DNA of 64,000 nucleotides, from the NCBI GenBank assembly GCA_963846945.1, contig CAWJXX010000003.1, forward strand, positions 82,200 to 146,199. Reading direction: 5' to 3'. The DNA is from an uncultured Gemmatimonadales bacterium (GTDB lineage Bacteria; Gemmatimonadota; Gemmatimonadetes; Gemmatimonadales; GWC2-71-9). The position numbers and the translations under genes are program-made. How positions within the stretch are numbered: the first letter of the stretch is position 1; each line of letters begins with the position of its first letter. Of this stretch, positions 52,467 through 64,000 are shown piece after piece. The notes under the pieces are model-generated. The model was not told the origin of the DNA. It ran no database searches and saw only the letters and a program-made list of their open reading frames with translations.

Positions 52467-55044
52467 CTACGAGTTTCCGTCTCGCGCCTTGCGCTGAAGT
52501 TCAGCCAGCCGGTTGAGTGCTTCCAGGGGCGTGAGGTTGTCGAGGTTCAGCTCCCGGAGGGCTTCGAGCGCCGGATGCGGCGCCGCCTCCGTGAAGAGCG
52601 CGAGCTGACCCGGATCGGGCGCCGGCTCCGGTGTTCCCGGCACCACCCGGTGCTCACTCTCCAGTCGCACCAGTACTTCACGCGCCCGGCGCACGACCGC
52701 TTCGGGCAAGCCTGCCAGCTGGGCCACATGCACGCCATACGACCTGTCGGTGCCGCCGGGCTCGAGCCGGTGGAGAAACACGACACGATCCCCCGTTTCG
52801 CGCACCGCCACGTTCAGGTTGCGTGCGTGCGCGAGGCGCTCCGGCAGTTGCATCAGTTCGTGGTAATGGGTCGCGAACATCGTCTTGCACCCGATCCGGT
52901 CATGCAGGTGTTCGCTCACGGCCCAGGCGATCGCCACGCCATCGTATGTGGAAGTGCCGCGCCCGATTTCATCGAGCAGCACGAGGCTGCGGGCGGTGGC
53001 GTTATGGAGGATCGCGCTCGTCTCGCTCATCTCGACCATGAACGTGGACTGGCCGCGCGCCAGGTTGTCACTCGCTCCCACGCGGGTAAAGAGTCGATCC
53101 ACCACGCCGATGTGTGCCGTGGTTGCCGGCACGAAGCTCCCCAGCTGCGCCAGCACCACCACGAGGCCGATTTGCCGGAGGATCGTCGACTTGCCCGCCA
53201 TGTTGGGGCCGGTCACCAGGAGTACGCGCTCCACCTCGCTGAACAGCACGTCATTGGGCATGAACTGTTCGCGCGGCATGAGCCGCTCGATCACCGGATG
53301 TCGTGATGCCCGCAGGGCAAAGCCGTACCCCTCGTCGATCTTCGGCCGCACGTACTGGTTGGCCTCCGCCACCTGGGCGAGGCCTGCCCACACGTCGAGC
53401 CGGGCGAGCACGCGGGCGGTCCGCTGGACCCGCGCGATGGCCTCACCCACCACCCCGCGCAGTTGCACGAAGAGTTCCGCTTCACGCGTCGTCATGTGCT
53501 CTTCGGCACCCAGCACCTTCGCCTCGTATTCCTTGAGCTCCGGCGTGACATACCGCTCGGCGCCGGCGAGGGTCTGGCGCCGTTCGTAATCGGCGGGGAC
53601 GCGATCGCGGTGAGCGTTGGTGATCTCGAGGTAGTAACCGAAGACGCGGTTGAAGCCGACCTTGAGCGATGAAATCCCGGTGCGATCGCGCTCCCGCTGC
53701 TGCAGCCCCGCGATGTACTCCTTTCCGCCGTCGCGCAATTCGCGCAACTCATCCAGCGCCGCGTCGTAGCCCGGGCGGATCACGCCGCCTTCGGCCAGGG
53801 TCGCGGGCGGGCGCTCCGTGAGCCCGCGCGCGAGGAGATCCGCGAGGTCGCGCAGAAGGTCGAGCTCATCGAGCGCGGTCGCGAGGGCGGCACTCCGGTG
53901 TTCCGCGCCACCGGCAAGCGCGGTGAGGGCCTCGAGCACATCGGGCAGGCGAATGAACGAGTCGCGCAGCGCGCCGAGTTCGCGCGGGGCGGCTCGTCCG
54001 GCAGCCGCGCGTCCCGCGAGGCGTTCCAGGTCGCGCACCCCGTCGAGCGCTTCACGCAGGCGTGCCCGCCCGCGCCCGTCCCCGAGGCAGACCTCCACGG
54101 CATCGAGCCGGTCGTCGATAGCGGACACGGCGCGGAGTGGGGAGAGCAGCCATTGCCGGAGCAGCCGGCCCCCCATCGGCGTGAGCGTGCGATCGATGGT
54201 CTCGAGCAGCGTGGCACTGCGAGTGCCGGCGACCAGCGGCTCGACCAGCTCGAGATTGCGGCGGGTCATCTCGTCCAGCCAGAGATGCTCGTCGTTGCGC
54301 CGAAGTGCCGGCCGTGCGAGGTGGGGAATGCCGGACGGCTGCAACTCGGCCAGGTACCGAAGGAGGGCGCCTGCCGCGCCGAGGGGAGCGTCGTCATCCT
54401 TGCCGATGCCCAGGCCGTCGAGCGTGGCGAGTGCGAAGCGGCGAGCCAGTTCCTCGCGCGCCAGTGCCGGATCGAATTCCCAGCGCTCACGCATGGTGCG
54501 GAGGGCATGGTCGGCCGGCGTCCGGGCCGTATCGGAGGGCATCACGACCTCGGACGGTCCGTAGCGCTCCAGCGCATCGCCCTGCTCTTCCAGCGGCACG
54601 CGCTCGAGCACGAACTCGCCGGTGGAAAGGTCGATCGCGGCGAGGCCGCCTTCGCAGAGGGCCACCATCCAGTTGTTCTTCGATCCGGGGAGCCAGCCGT
54701 CCTGCAGCATCGCCCCCGGCGTCACCGTTTCCACGACCTCGCGGCGCACGATGCCGCGCGCGAGCCTGGGGTCCTCCACCTGCTCGCAGATCGCCACGCG
54801 ATGGCCGGCCCCGATCAGCTGGCGGAGGTATTCCGCCGCCGCCTTCACCGGGACGCCGGCGAGCGGCACGCCGTCGCCGCGCGCGGTCAGCGTGATGCCG
54901 AGCACGCGGGCACCGAGCTCGGCGTCGTCGAAGAACATCTCGTAGAAATCGCCCATCCTGAAGAACAGGATGGCGTCGCGATGTCGCGCCTTGATCTCGC
55001 GGTACTGCAGCATGAGCGGCGTATCGTCGGCTGCGCTTGCTCAC
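52467..55044 (-). CDS. mutS: DNA mismatch repair protein MutS (small 5' frameshift near 55035)
   Basis: FFRMGDFYEMF, TPMGGR, TGPNMAGKST, STFMVEM, DEIGRGTST, ATHYHEL. Confidence 0.97.
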
Positions 55045-56019
55045 GGCGCCACCACGAAAGGTGATCCACCCAGCTTCGCCTTCACCTTCGCTGCCGCTGC
55101 CGATGCCTCGGCGCGCGTGGCGTACTGGCCAAGCCGCACCTTGAAGTAGCCGCCATCCTTCACGATGACACCCTTGAAGCCGGCGCTCCTGGCGCGGGCC
55201 AGGATTTCGTCGGCGGCTTCCTGCGAATTGGCGGCGACGATCTGGACGCGACCAGGCCGCCGGCCGGTCGCCGGCGGTGCTGGCGATGGCTCTGGAGCGG
55301 GCGCGGGCAGGTGCCGGTGCCGCAACGGGAGGCGATGCCGGGGTCGTGGCGACCGATGTTCGACCGGGCGACTGCCGGCGACCGCGGTGCAGGTGGCGTC
55401 GACGCGGGCGAGGTGGCAGGCTGCGCAGTGCACTTTCGACCGAGGGCCGACCAGCTCGCGCGTGTCGAGGTCGCGTCCGCTCCGGCCCTGGGCAGGCCGG
55501 CGCGACCCATTGGCACGCCGCCTTCGGATCATTGACCTCGAAATCGGCCCGCGCGCCCCAGACGGCAGCGATCGGGATACAGCGTCGAGGTCGCGTGATC
55601 GAGTGCGGAATTTCTCCAGCGTCCGCGCTGCCCCTGCCGGATCGCCATTGGCGTAGTCGAGCTGTGCCAGCGCGATCAGCGAGGGCTCGGCCCAGCGTGA
55701 GAAGGGATACTCCACGACGACGCGCTGCAGCAGCGGGCGCACCTCCTCCGCGGTCGGTGCGATCAGCGCCGAACTGTAGAGGATGCCGGGAAAGAGTGAA
55801 TCGGTCGGCAGGGTGGACTGCTCCATGTGCTTGAGCGTGGCGCGGGCCGAATCGATGCGGCCGTCCTGGGCGAGGCGCAGCGCGGCCGTGAGGGGCTGAG
55901 GCTGGGCGCCAAGGCGGCAAGGCGGCCAGGACGGCAAGAAAGAGCAACGCCAGTCCGAGCGCATGCCAGGGAGGCAAGGCTCCTGCCGCCCTGCCGCCCT
56001 GCCGCCCTGTCCCACTCAT
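55041..56019 (-). CDS. exported TPR + SPOR domain protein (several frameshifts)
   Basis: Signal peptide; VVEYPFSRWAEPSLIALAQLDY (TPR); P/A linker; RVQIVA...FKVRLGQYATRAEA (SPOR). Confidence 0.78.
55911..56013. repeat. octamer tandem-repeat hairpin (AAGGCGGC)n / (CCTGCCGC)3 inside the SPOR gene 5' end
   Basis: AAGGCGGC AAGGCGGC CAGGACGGC ... CCTGCCGC CCTGCCGC CCTGCCGC CCTGTCCC. Confidence 0.8.
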
Positions 56020-57077
56020 GCCGCCTGTGCTCCGCGCGAAGCCCCCAGTCGCAGCACCAGTTCCACCAGGACAGCGCTGCTCGTCACTGAGCGTGGTGCT
56101 CTTCAGGGCGACGTCGGCCGCCAGCGTCGCGCGGAGGGCGGCATTGAGCCGGGCGTCGGCCAGCGCGCGGACCAGCGACCCACTTCGACGGCCTCGGCCT
56201 TCCACTCGGACAGGCCGTACAAACGGCCTGCCTGATCAGCAGCGGAAGACGTCGCTCTCGAGCGCACCGCCGCGCCGGCCCCGGTCGCGGTGGCGCGTGC
56301 CAGCGAGACTCCTGCGGCGGACGTGCCGAGCAGGCTCACAAGCTTCACGCCCGAGATCGCCGGTCTGGTCGAGCACGGGCCCCAGCAGGGCGAGCGCCCG
56401 GGCCGTCGCGTCGTCGAAAATCGCGTCCCGCCAGTCGAACATCGTCTCTCCATGGCGCACGCCGACCAGTTCGCCCACGAGCTCACGGGTGATCGCCGTG
56501 CCGGGGGCAAGCGAGGCAAGCTTCGACGAGTTCGGCGTCGAGCGCCGTGAGCTGGCTGCCCACCACCTGCAGCAGGTGCTCCGCCGCTTCGGGTGCAGAG
56601 CGAGCCCGAGCTGTTCACTGCGATGATGATCCAGCGCAGCGCCCGGTCGGGCGGAAGCGGGTCACATGAAACCGTCACGGCGTGGGGCGCGATCTCGACT
56701 GTCGGCGTCGGGATCAGCCTGCGCCCTGCACCATGACGAGCACGGTCTCCGGCGCCGGCCGGGCGAGATAGCGGAGCAGTTCCGCCTTGCCCCGGGATCT
56801 GCTTCTGCCAGCCTTCCACGTCGCGCAGGATCACGACCCGCCGCTCGGCCATCATCGGCAGGGTGTTGAGCAGCGTGGAGAGCTCTTCGGGGTCGAGGGA
56901 GGTGGCGGTGCGCTGGTCGAAGTTGAAGTCGCGGAGGGCAGGGTCGAGCACCCGGTCGCTGATGTCGCGGGCCAGGTCGGTCTTGAGCAGGTCCTCCGCG
57001 CCCACCAGGTAGTAGACGGGGGCGATGTCGCCCTTCTTGAGGGCGCGGAGCGTGGCATCAAAGGTCTGTTCGGGCAC
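56016..57077 (-). CDS. holA: DNA polymerase III delta subunit (many frameshifts)
   Basis: PVYYLVGAE...DFNFD...TLPMMAERRVVIL; C-term ADVALKS. Confidence 0.85.
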
Positions 57078-57127
57078 GCCCCATCCTATTTCCGGATGGG
57101 GGTCAAACAGAAGGGGCGCGCCGCGCC

Positions 57128-57775
57128 TCAGTCCAGAAAGGGCGCGATCATCTCGGCAAAACCGGCCCGCGCCCGGTTGAGCCGGCTCTTCACCGTACCC
57201 GAGGTTGCAGTGAGTCATCGCGGCGATCTCCTCGTAGCTCTTGCCCTGCAGTTCCCGCAGCACGAACACCTCACGGTGGTGCGGCGAGAGCCGATCTACC
57301 GTCGCGTCCACCAGCTACTTGAGGTGCCGGTTGGCGTACATGTCGTCGGGACGGGTGCGGCGTCCTCGAACTGCAGGGGCCGCTGGTCCTCGTCATCCTG
57401 CACCCGGGTCGACTGGTAGTAGACGAGCGGGTTCCGGCTCCGGTTGCGGAGCTCGTTCTTGGCGAGATTGGACGCAATGGTATAGGCCCAGGTCGAGAAC
57501 TTCTTGGTGGAATCGAAGCGGTGCAGGTGCCGGTGGATCCGGATGAAGGCTTCCTGCACCAGGTCCTCGGCGCGCTCGCGATCGCCGATCATGCGGTAGA
57601 TGAAGGCGATGAGCCGGGGGCGGTAGAGCAGGATGATCTCGCCGAACGCGCGCTCATCGCCGGCCAGGTGCCGTGCAATGATCTGGTTGGTCTCGAGATT
57701 TTGCCGATCCTGCGCCGACGAACTGGACCAGCGGGACAGCGTTGCCGATGCGACAGGAACTGTTGCTGCGGTCAT
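57128..57775 (-). CDS. ECF RNA polymerase sigma factor (frameshifted)
   Basis: GDERAF...AEDLVQEAF...FSTWAYTIASN (region 2); LSPHHREVFVLRELQGKSYEEIA (region 4). Confidence 0.88.
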
Positions 57776-57909
57776 GTCGGCCTCCGAGCTCGCGCGGGGC
57801 GAGCGTAGTCATCGTTGGTATGGGGCCACTGTTCCGGCCCTCCGGGGCTGGACCCTTTCTGTCCAAACCTGCCCGTCCAACATACGACGGTCGGAGATTG
57901 TTCAAGGTT

Positions 57910-58448
57910 ATCAATATAAAACATTGAACAAACATAAGGGCGGTAAGGGTCTTGGCGTCCCGGATCTCTCCGCTTGCTGATCCTACGCCCGACCTCAGAC
58001 CATCGGATTTCATGGACCTCCATGAACTCGTCTGCTTCGCGCGCCGTCGGAACGGGACTAAGATTCTGGGCTGAGAAGAGATGGATCAGTTCGTCGGTGA
58101 ACCCCGGCGTGGTGAGAATGGAGGTCAGCGGAAGTACGCGTCTCGGCGATCATCCCCGCTTCCTCCCGCAGTTCGCGCCGGGCGCAGGCCTCGGGCGGCT
58201 CGCCCGGTTCGAGCCGACCGGCGGGGATTTCCCAGAGGTATCCGTCGGCGGCGTGGCGGAACTGGCGCAGCATGAGGACCCGCGGATCGGCGGATCCGGG
58301 CGGGTCGAGAAAGGGCACGACGGCAGCGGCACCGGGATGGCGTGATCATCTCAAGCTGTCCGGTGCTGCCATCCGGGAATTTCACGGTGTCGACGTCGAG
58401 GTCGATGACGCGCCCGGAATACTTTCGCTCGGTGGTGAACCTGGTCAT
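57910..58448 (-). CDS. nudF: NUDIX hydrolase, ADP-ribose pyrophosphatase-like (frameshifts; 3' end uncertain)
   Basis: QFRHA...EIPAGRLEPGEPPEACARRELREEAG Nudix box; IRDAKT; SD GAGGAG. Confidence 0.82.
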
Positions 58449-58482
58449 GGTTGCTCCTCGTTGGGCGCGTGAAGTCTAGTCC

Positions 58483-61307
58483 GTGACGGCAACGGATCCG
58501 CGGTCCAGGAAACGGCGCCGGCACCGCGCATGGTGCTGTGGCCGCTTGTGCATCGTCGCCGTCCTCCTGGCGGCGGCGGCGGTGTGGTATGCCCAGATCC
58601 CCGCCGTGAACGTCCGCGGACCCGGCCCGGCTCGCCATCGAGGTCTGGGACCGGGAGTCGTCGCGCTCGCTCTGGTCGCTGCTGGCGTTCGCGCTCGCCT
58701 TCCGTCCCGCCTTTCCGCAGGTGCCCGCGCGCTGGTGGCTGATCGCGCTCGCCGGGCTTGTCCCAGGCGCTGGGGTTCGTCGCTCTTCGCGTTCCGCGAC
58801 CAGACGCCCAACATCCGCCTGCCGGGGCCGGCCGCCGAGGCGGTCAGCCTGACCATGCAGCTGTGCTTCCTCGCGGTACAGCCGCTGCTGCTGCTGGGTC
58901 TCGCGGCCTTCCCATCGACCGAACTCGGGCGGCTCGCGCGCCGCCGCTACCTCCTCGACGCGACCATCATCGCGCTCAGCGGCGCGCTCGTGCTCTGGGC
59001 GGTGTCGAGCCAGCGCGCGACGCTGGTAGGCAGCGCGCGGCCAGGCCTGCTCCAGGTGGTCTATGCCGTGGGCGACCTGCTGGTGCTCTTCACGCTCGCC
59101 ACGCACCTCTTCCGCCTGTCACCGAAGCTTCCGCTCTGGCAGGGTCTCGCGCTGCTCACGCTCGGGGCCGGGCTCCTGCTGCTCACGAACAGCTGGGTGC
59201 CGAACCAGCCGGGCGCGGCGTCGCTGCGTGGGGCGCTGCCGCACGAACGCACCTTCTACGCGGAACTCCTCCTCGTGGCGGGGCTCGCATGGCTCTGGGT
59301 CTGTGCCGCGCGCGCAGGGACGCCCGGCACCGCGGAGCGACGGGCCACCGGGCGTCGGGCCTCGTGTCGTTCGGGGCGCTCGCGGCGGGATATGTCCTGC
59401 TGGCGGTGGTGGCGAGCCGCAGCGAGTCTCGCCTCGTCATCGGCCTCACCGATCGGCGCCGCGGTGCTGACCGCCGTGGTGGTGCTGCGACAGATCGTCA
59501 CCGTGCGGGAAAACCTCGACCACGAGGCGCAGCGCACCCGCCGGAGCGTCGAGGAACGCTTCGAGTCGCTGGTGGCCAACGCCTCCGAGGCGATCGTCGT
59601 CGTGGACCGGGACGGCACCGTGCTCTACGCCAGTCCCTCGGTGCAGCGGCTGCTCGGCTGCGTGCCCGAGGACGTGATCGGCCGGCCGTTCGACCAGCTG
59701 CTGCATCCCGAGGAGTCGGTGTCGGCCCGGACTTTCCTGCACGAGCTGCTGGCGCGGCCCTGGGGCAGCACGGTGCGGTCCTGGCGCCTGCGCCGGGCCG
59801 ACGGCGGATTCGCGTGGGGCGAGACGACGGCGACCAACCTGCTGGCCGATCCGAACGTGCGCGGCATCGTGCTCAACACGCGCGACATCACCGAGCGACG
59901 CGAGCTGGAGCAGCGCCTGACGCACCAGGCGATGCATGACGGGCTCACCGGCCTCGCCAACCGCGTGCTGCTCCGGAGCCGGCTCGAGGCGGCGCTGCGC
60001 CGTCCGCGGCCCGGTGCGGCCCTGCCGCCGGCGCTGCTCTTCCTCGACCTCGACGGCTTCAAGAACGTCAACGACACCTTCGGCCATGCGCAGGGCGATG
60101 CGCTTGCTCATCGCCGCTGCGACCCGGCTGCGGGAGCAGGTGGGCGCCGCAGGACGTCGGTGGCCCGGCTGGGCGGCGACGAGTTCGCCGTGCTGCTCGA
60201 GTCGCCCCGCGACCGGCAGGCCGTGCTCGACATCGCGCAGCGCATCACCAACGCGCTCAAGGTGCCGTTCCGCGTCTTCGGGCGGGAGACGGCGGGCTCG
60301 GCAAGCATCGGCGTCGCGATTGCGGAGCCGGTCGACTCGGCGGGCGACGTGCTGCGGCATGCCGACGTCGCGATGTACCTCGCCAAGGCGAACGGCACGG
60401 GCGCCGCTACGAAGCTGTTCGAGCCGCGCATGCTCGAGTCGGTGGTCGGGCGCCTGGGCCTGCAGAGCGACCTCCGTCGCGCGCTCGATGATCCCGACAG
60501 CAACGAGTTCCTCCTCGACTACCAGCCGATCGTCGAGCTGGCGACGCAGCGCGTGGTCGGGTGTCGAGGCGCTGATCCGCTGGGATCATCCGGTGCAGGG
60601 AAGGATCACGCCGGCCGTCTTCGTGCCGCTCGCGGAGGAGACCGGCCTCATCATTCCGCTCGGCCGTCGCGCGCTGCACCTCGCCTGCCGCGACTCGGCG
60701 CCCTGGGTGCGCGAGTACCCCGGCATGCACGTCACCGTGAACCTCTCGGCGCGCCAGCTGCCCGATCCGGCGCTGGCCGCGGAAGTGTCCGCTCGCGCTC
60801 GCGACGTCGGGACTGCCGCCGGCATCACTGGTGCTCGAACTCACGGAGAGCGCCATCATGCAGCAGCCGGAGCGATCGGCCCAGGTATTCCGGGAACTGC
60901 GCGGCCTCGGCGTGCGCCTCGCGATCGACGATTTCGGCACCGGCTACTCGTCGCTGAGCTACCTGCAGCAGCTGCCGGCGGCGATCCTCAAGATCGACCG
61001 CTCGTTCCTCACGTCGCTCGACCAGGGGCCCAACGGGGCCACGCTGGTACGCGGCATCATCGGCCTGCGCGAACGGCCTTGGGCTCATCACGGTGGCGGA
61101 GGGCATCGAGACGGAGGAGCAGTGCGACGATCCTCCGGACGCTCGGCTGCAGCTGTGGGCAGGGATTGCTCTTCTCGCCGCCGCTCGCCGGCCGCGCAGG
61201 TGAGCGGCTGGCTCGAGGATGCGGCCGTCGTCAGCAGTTCGGGGGCGCGCGCGCGCTGGGCGGTGACAGGGCTGAGGTCGAGCGTGGGCGTGGATCAGTC
61301 GCGCTGA
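58483..61307 (+). CDS. membrane PAS-GGDEF-EAL c-di-GMP enzyme (many frameshifts; ends uncertain)
   Basis: TM region; PAS; DLDGFKNVND, RLGGDEF; YQPIV, VEALIRW, VNLS, ELTES, DDFGTGYSSL, KIDRSF. Confidence 0.88.
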
Positions 61308-61330
61308 CTCGCTCTCGACTCTCGACCAGC

Positions 61331-61936
61331 TCACTCGGACACCAGGCTCCTGCCCACGCCGCGGCACCTTCCACGACTCCGCGACGAGATACTCCATTTC
61401 CGGCTGCGGGTTCTCCGAGATGGGGCTGGTGGTGGTGGGCGAGAGATAGGCCGTGATGCCGGTGCGACGGGCCTCGGCGCGGAGCCGCGCCATGTGGAAG
61501 GGATCACTCACCAGGATCACCGACTTGCACGTTCGGCCTTGCTTCAGCCCAGCGGCAACGGCGGTCATCGACTCGCCGGTCGAGCGGCCCGTGGGCCTCG
61601 AGCACCACGGCCTTCGCGGGCACGCCGCGCGCCGTGAGGTAGCGCTTCCCACCGTCGCCTCACTCTCCGTGTCACCCCGTCCCACACCGCCCGTCACGAC
61701 GATCACCGGCGCCAGCTCGGCGCGATAGAGCTTGAGCGCGTGATCGAGCCGCGCCTGCAGCACCGGTGACGGCCGGCCGTTGTACTGCGCGGCGCCCAGC
61801 ACCACGATGGCGTCGGCGGGCCGCCGCTCATCGACGGTGGCGGTGGTGAGCACGACGACGAACGCCGCCACGAGCGCGACGCGGCGAGCAGTGCCAGGCC
61901 GAGCAGGGCGCGAAACACTCGACGAATGAACTTCAT
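61331..61936 (-). CDS. YdcF/ElyC (DUF218) family protein (frameshifts)
   Basis: ADAIVVLGA, RLDHALKLY, VTGG...SEA, LVSDPFHMAR. Confidence 0.82.
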
Positions 61937-61969
61937 GCTGGCAGGGAGACGGCGCGGTGACCGGCCGTA

Positions 61970-63367
61970 TCAGAGTGTGTAGGTATCACCCTGCTCCGGG
62001 ACATGCACCTCGCGCACGCCTTCCTCCCGCAGGAGGTTGGCCATCGCTCCCAGCGCCGGGGCCTCGCCGTGCACGACGAAGGCCCGCTTGATGGGGCCGC
62101 CCGAGCCGGCGGACCCAGGCGCGGAGCTCGTTGCGGTCGGCGTGCGCCGAGTAGCCGTCGATCGACTATCCACTTCGGCGCGCCGCTCGTGCATCTCGCC
62201 GAAGATCTTCACCGTCGTCTGGCTGCTTCCTGGATCCGGCGGCCCAGCGTGTGCTCGGCCTGGAAGCCCGACGAAGAGGACGCAGTTGCGGTGATCGCCG
62301 ATGTGGTTGGCGAGGTGATGCAGGATCCGGCCCGACTCCGCCATGCCCGAGGCCGCGATGATACACCGCCGGGCCGCTCAGCGAGTTGAGCTTCTTCGAG
62401 TCGGCCACGTCGCGGACGTAGCGCACGAGCGGGAAGTCGAAGGGCGCGAAGCCGCTTCGCGATGAGCTGCTCGCGCTGGTCGAACACCTCGGGATGCAGC
62501 CGGAACACCTCGGTGGCGCTCACCGCCAGCGGGCTGTCGACGTAGATGGGAATCTCGGGCAGCTCGCCGCGGCGCCAGAGCTGGTGCAGCGCGTAGACCA
62601 GCTCCTGCACCCGTCCCAGGGCGAAGGCGGGCATGAGCACCTTCCCGCCGCGCGCGGCGACCGTCCGCACCACCTCGCCCAGGCGCTTCTCGGCCTCGGC
62701 CACGCTCTCGTGATCGCGGTCGGCATAGGTGGACTCGACGATGAGGGTGTCGATCGGGCCGGACGGCGGCTGCGGGTCGCGGATGATCGGCAGGCCGCTC
62801 CGGCCGATGTCGCCGGAGAACACGATGCGCTGCGGCGCGCCCTCGCTGCAGCGGAGGTCCACCGTCGCCGAGCCGAGGATGTGCCCGGCGTCGGTGAACT
62901 CGGCGGTGAGCATCTTCCGCAGGTGCAGCGGCCGGCGATAGGGCAGGCCCACCATGAGGTCCTGCACCTCGGCGGCATCGGCCAGCGAGTAGAGCGGCTC
63001 GCTCTCGGGCCCGCCCCGGCCATGCCGGCGCAGGAACTCGGCGTCCTTCTCCTGGATGTGCGCGGCGTCGGGAAGCATGACGGCGCTCAGGTCGCGCGTG
63101 GCCGGGGTGCAGTAGATCGGCCCGTGGAAGCCGTTCTTCACCAGCAGCGGCAGGCGGCCGGTGTGGTCGATATGCGCGTGGCTCACCACCACCATGTCGA
63201 TGCGGCGCGCATCGAAGGGCAGTTCGGCGTTGAGCTTCCGCGCCTCGGCGCGGCGACCCTGGAAGAGCCCGGCGTCGAGCAGGATGCGCGCGCCGGCCGC
63301 CTCGAGCAGGAACATCGAGCCGGTCACCTGGCCCGCGGCGCCGTAGAAGGAGAGTCGTCAGCGTCAT
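61970..63367 (-). CDS. MBL-fold beta-CASP ribonuclease (frameshifts)
   Basis: SHAHIDH, AGHILGS, FSGDIG, ESTY, PAFALGR, VVHGE. Confidence 0.9.
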
Positions 63368-63376
63368 GGTGCTCCC

Positions 63377-64000
63377 TTACCTCGTCCCGAACAGACGATC
63401 GCCGGCGTCGCCCAGGCCCGGGAAGAATGTAGCCCTTCGTCGTTCAGCTCCCGGTCGAGCGCGGCGGCGAAGATCGGCACGTCGGGATGGGCAGACGCCC
63501 ATCTGCTCCACGCCCTCGGGCGCGGCCACGATGCAGAGGAACCGGATGCGCCGGGCCCCGGCGGCCTTGAGGGCGGTGACGGCCGCCACCGCCGAGCCGC
63601 CGGTGGCGAGCATCGGGTCGAGCACGAAGAAGTCCCGGGCATCGTCGGTCGCCGGGACCTTGAAGTAGTAGTCGCGCGGCTGGAGCGTCTCGTGGTCGCG
63701 CACCATGCCGATGTGCCCGACCCGCGCCGACGGCACCAGCTGGGTGAGGCCATCCACCATGCCGAGCCCGGCGCGCAGGATGGGCACGAGCACCAGCTTC
63801 TTCCCCGCCACCTGCGTTCCCGTCATCCGCTCGAGCGGCGTCTCGATCTCGTGCGGTTCGGTCGGCAGGTCCTTCGTCACCTCGTAGCCCATCAGCACGC
63901 TGATCTCGGTGACCAGCTGCTTGAAGTCCCGCGTGGTCGTGTGCCGGTCGCGCAGGAGGGTGAGCTTGTGCTGGATCAGGGGATGGTCGAGGACGGTGAG
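63377..64000 (-). CDS. upp: uracil phosphoribosyltransferase (5' end outside window)
   Basis: VPILRAGLGM, DPMLATGGS, PGLGDAGDRLFGT. Confidence 0.95.
   Translation of the reverse strand, partial: LTVLDHPLIQHKLTLLRDRHTTTRDFKQLVTEISVLMGYEVTKDLPTEPHEIETPLERMTGTQVAGKKLVLVPILRAGLGMVDGLTQLVPSARVGHIGMVRDHETLQPRDYYFKVPATDDARDFFVLDPMLATGGSAVAAVTALKAAGARRIRFLCIVAAPEGVEQMGVCPSRRADLRRRARPGAERRRATFFPGLGDAGDRLFGTR

Overview
High-GC bacterial chromosomal segment, probably Gemmatimonadota (inferred from gene content: GWxTD lipoprotein, several Hanks kinase-TPR/beta-propeller proteins, patatin-Omp85). It spans the replication origin region. Core content: a SufR-led sufBCD operon, def, ferredoxin, rnd, sufT, polA, pyrE, RNase P RNA (rnpB), mtgA, dnaN-oriC-dnaA divergent from rpmH-rnpA-yidD-yidC, ddl, cystathionine beta-synthase, hrpB, mutS, holA, an ECF sigma factor, a PAS-GGDEF-EAL protein, a beta-CASP nuclease and upp. 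Many essential genes carry frameshifts whose density rises sharply after ~55 kb, so these are read as long-read indel errors, not pseudogenes. I saw no prophage, transposase, CRISPR array, rRNA or tRNA. The most interesting signals lie outside the ORF track: (1) dispersed 7-/8-bp tandem-repeat hairpins at gene junctions that overlap stop codons, a start codon, promoter elements and one signal peptide; (2) a DnaA-box/DnaA-trio unwinding module between dnaA and dnaN; (3) an rnpA with no canonical start codon; (4) a structured ~200-nt ncRNA candidate with an ECF-type promoter; (5) widespread leaderless-type starts; (6) a kinase with a MinD-like membrane-targeting tail.
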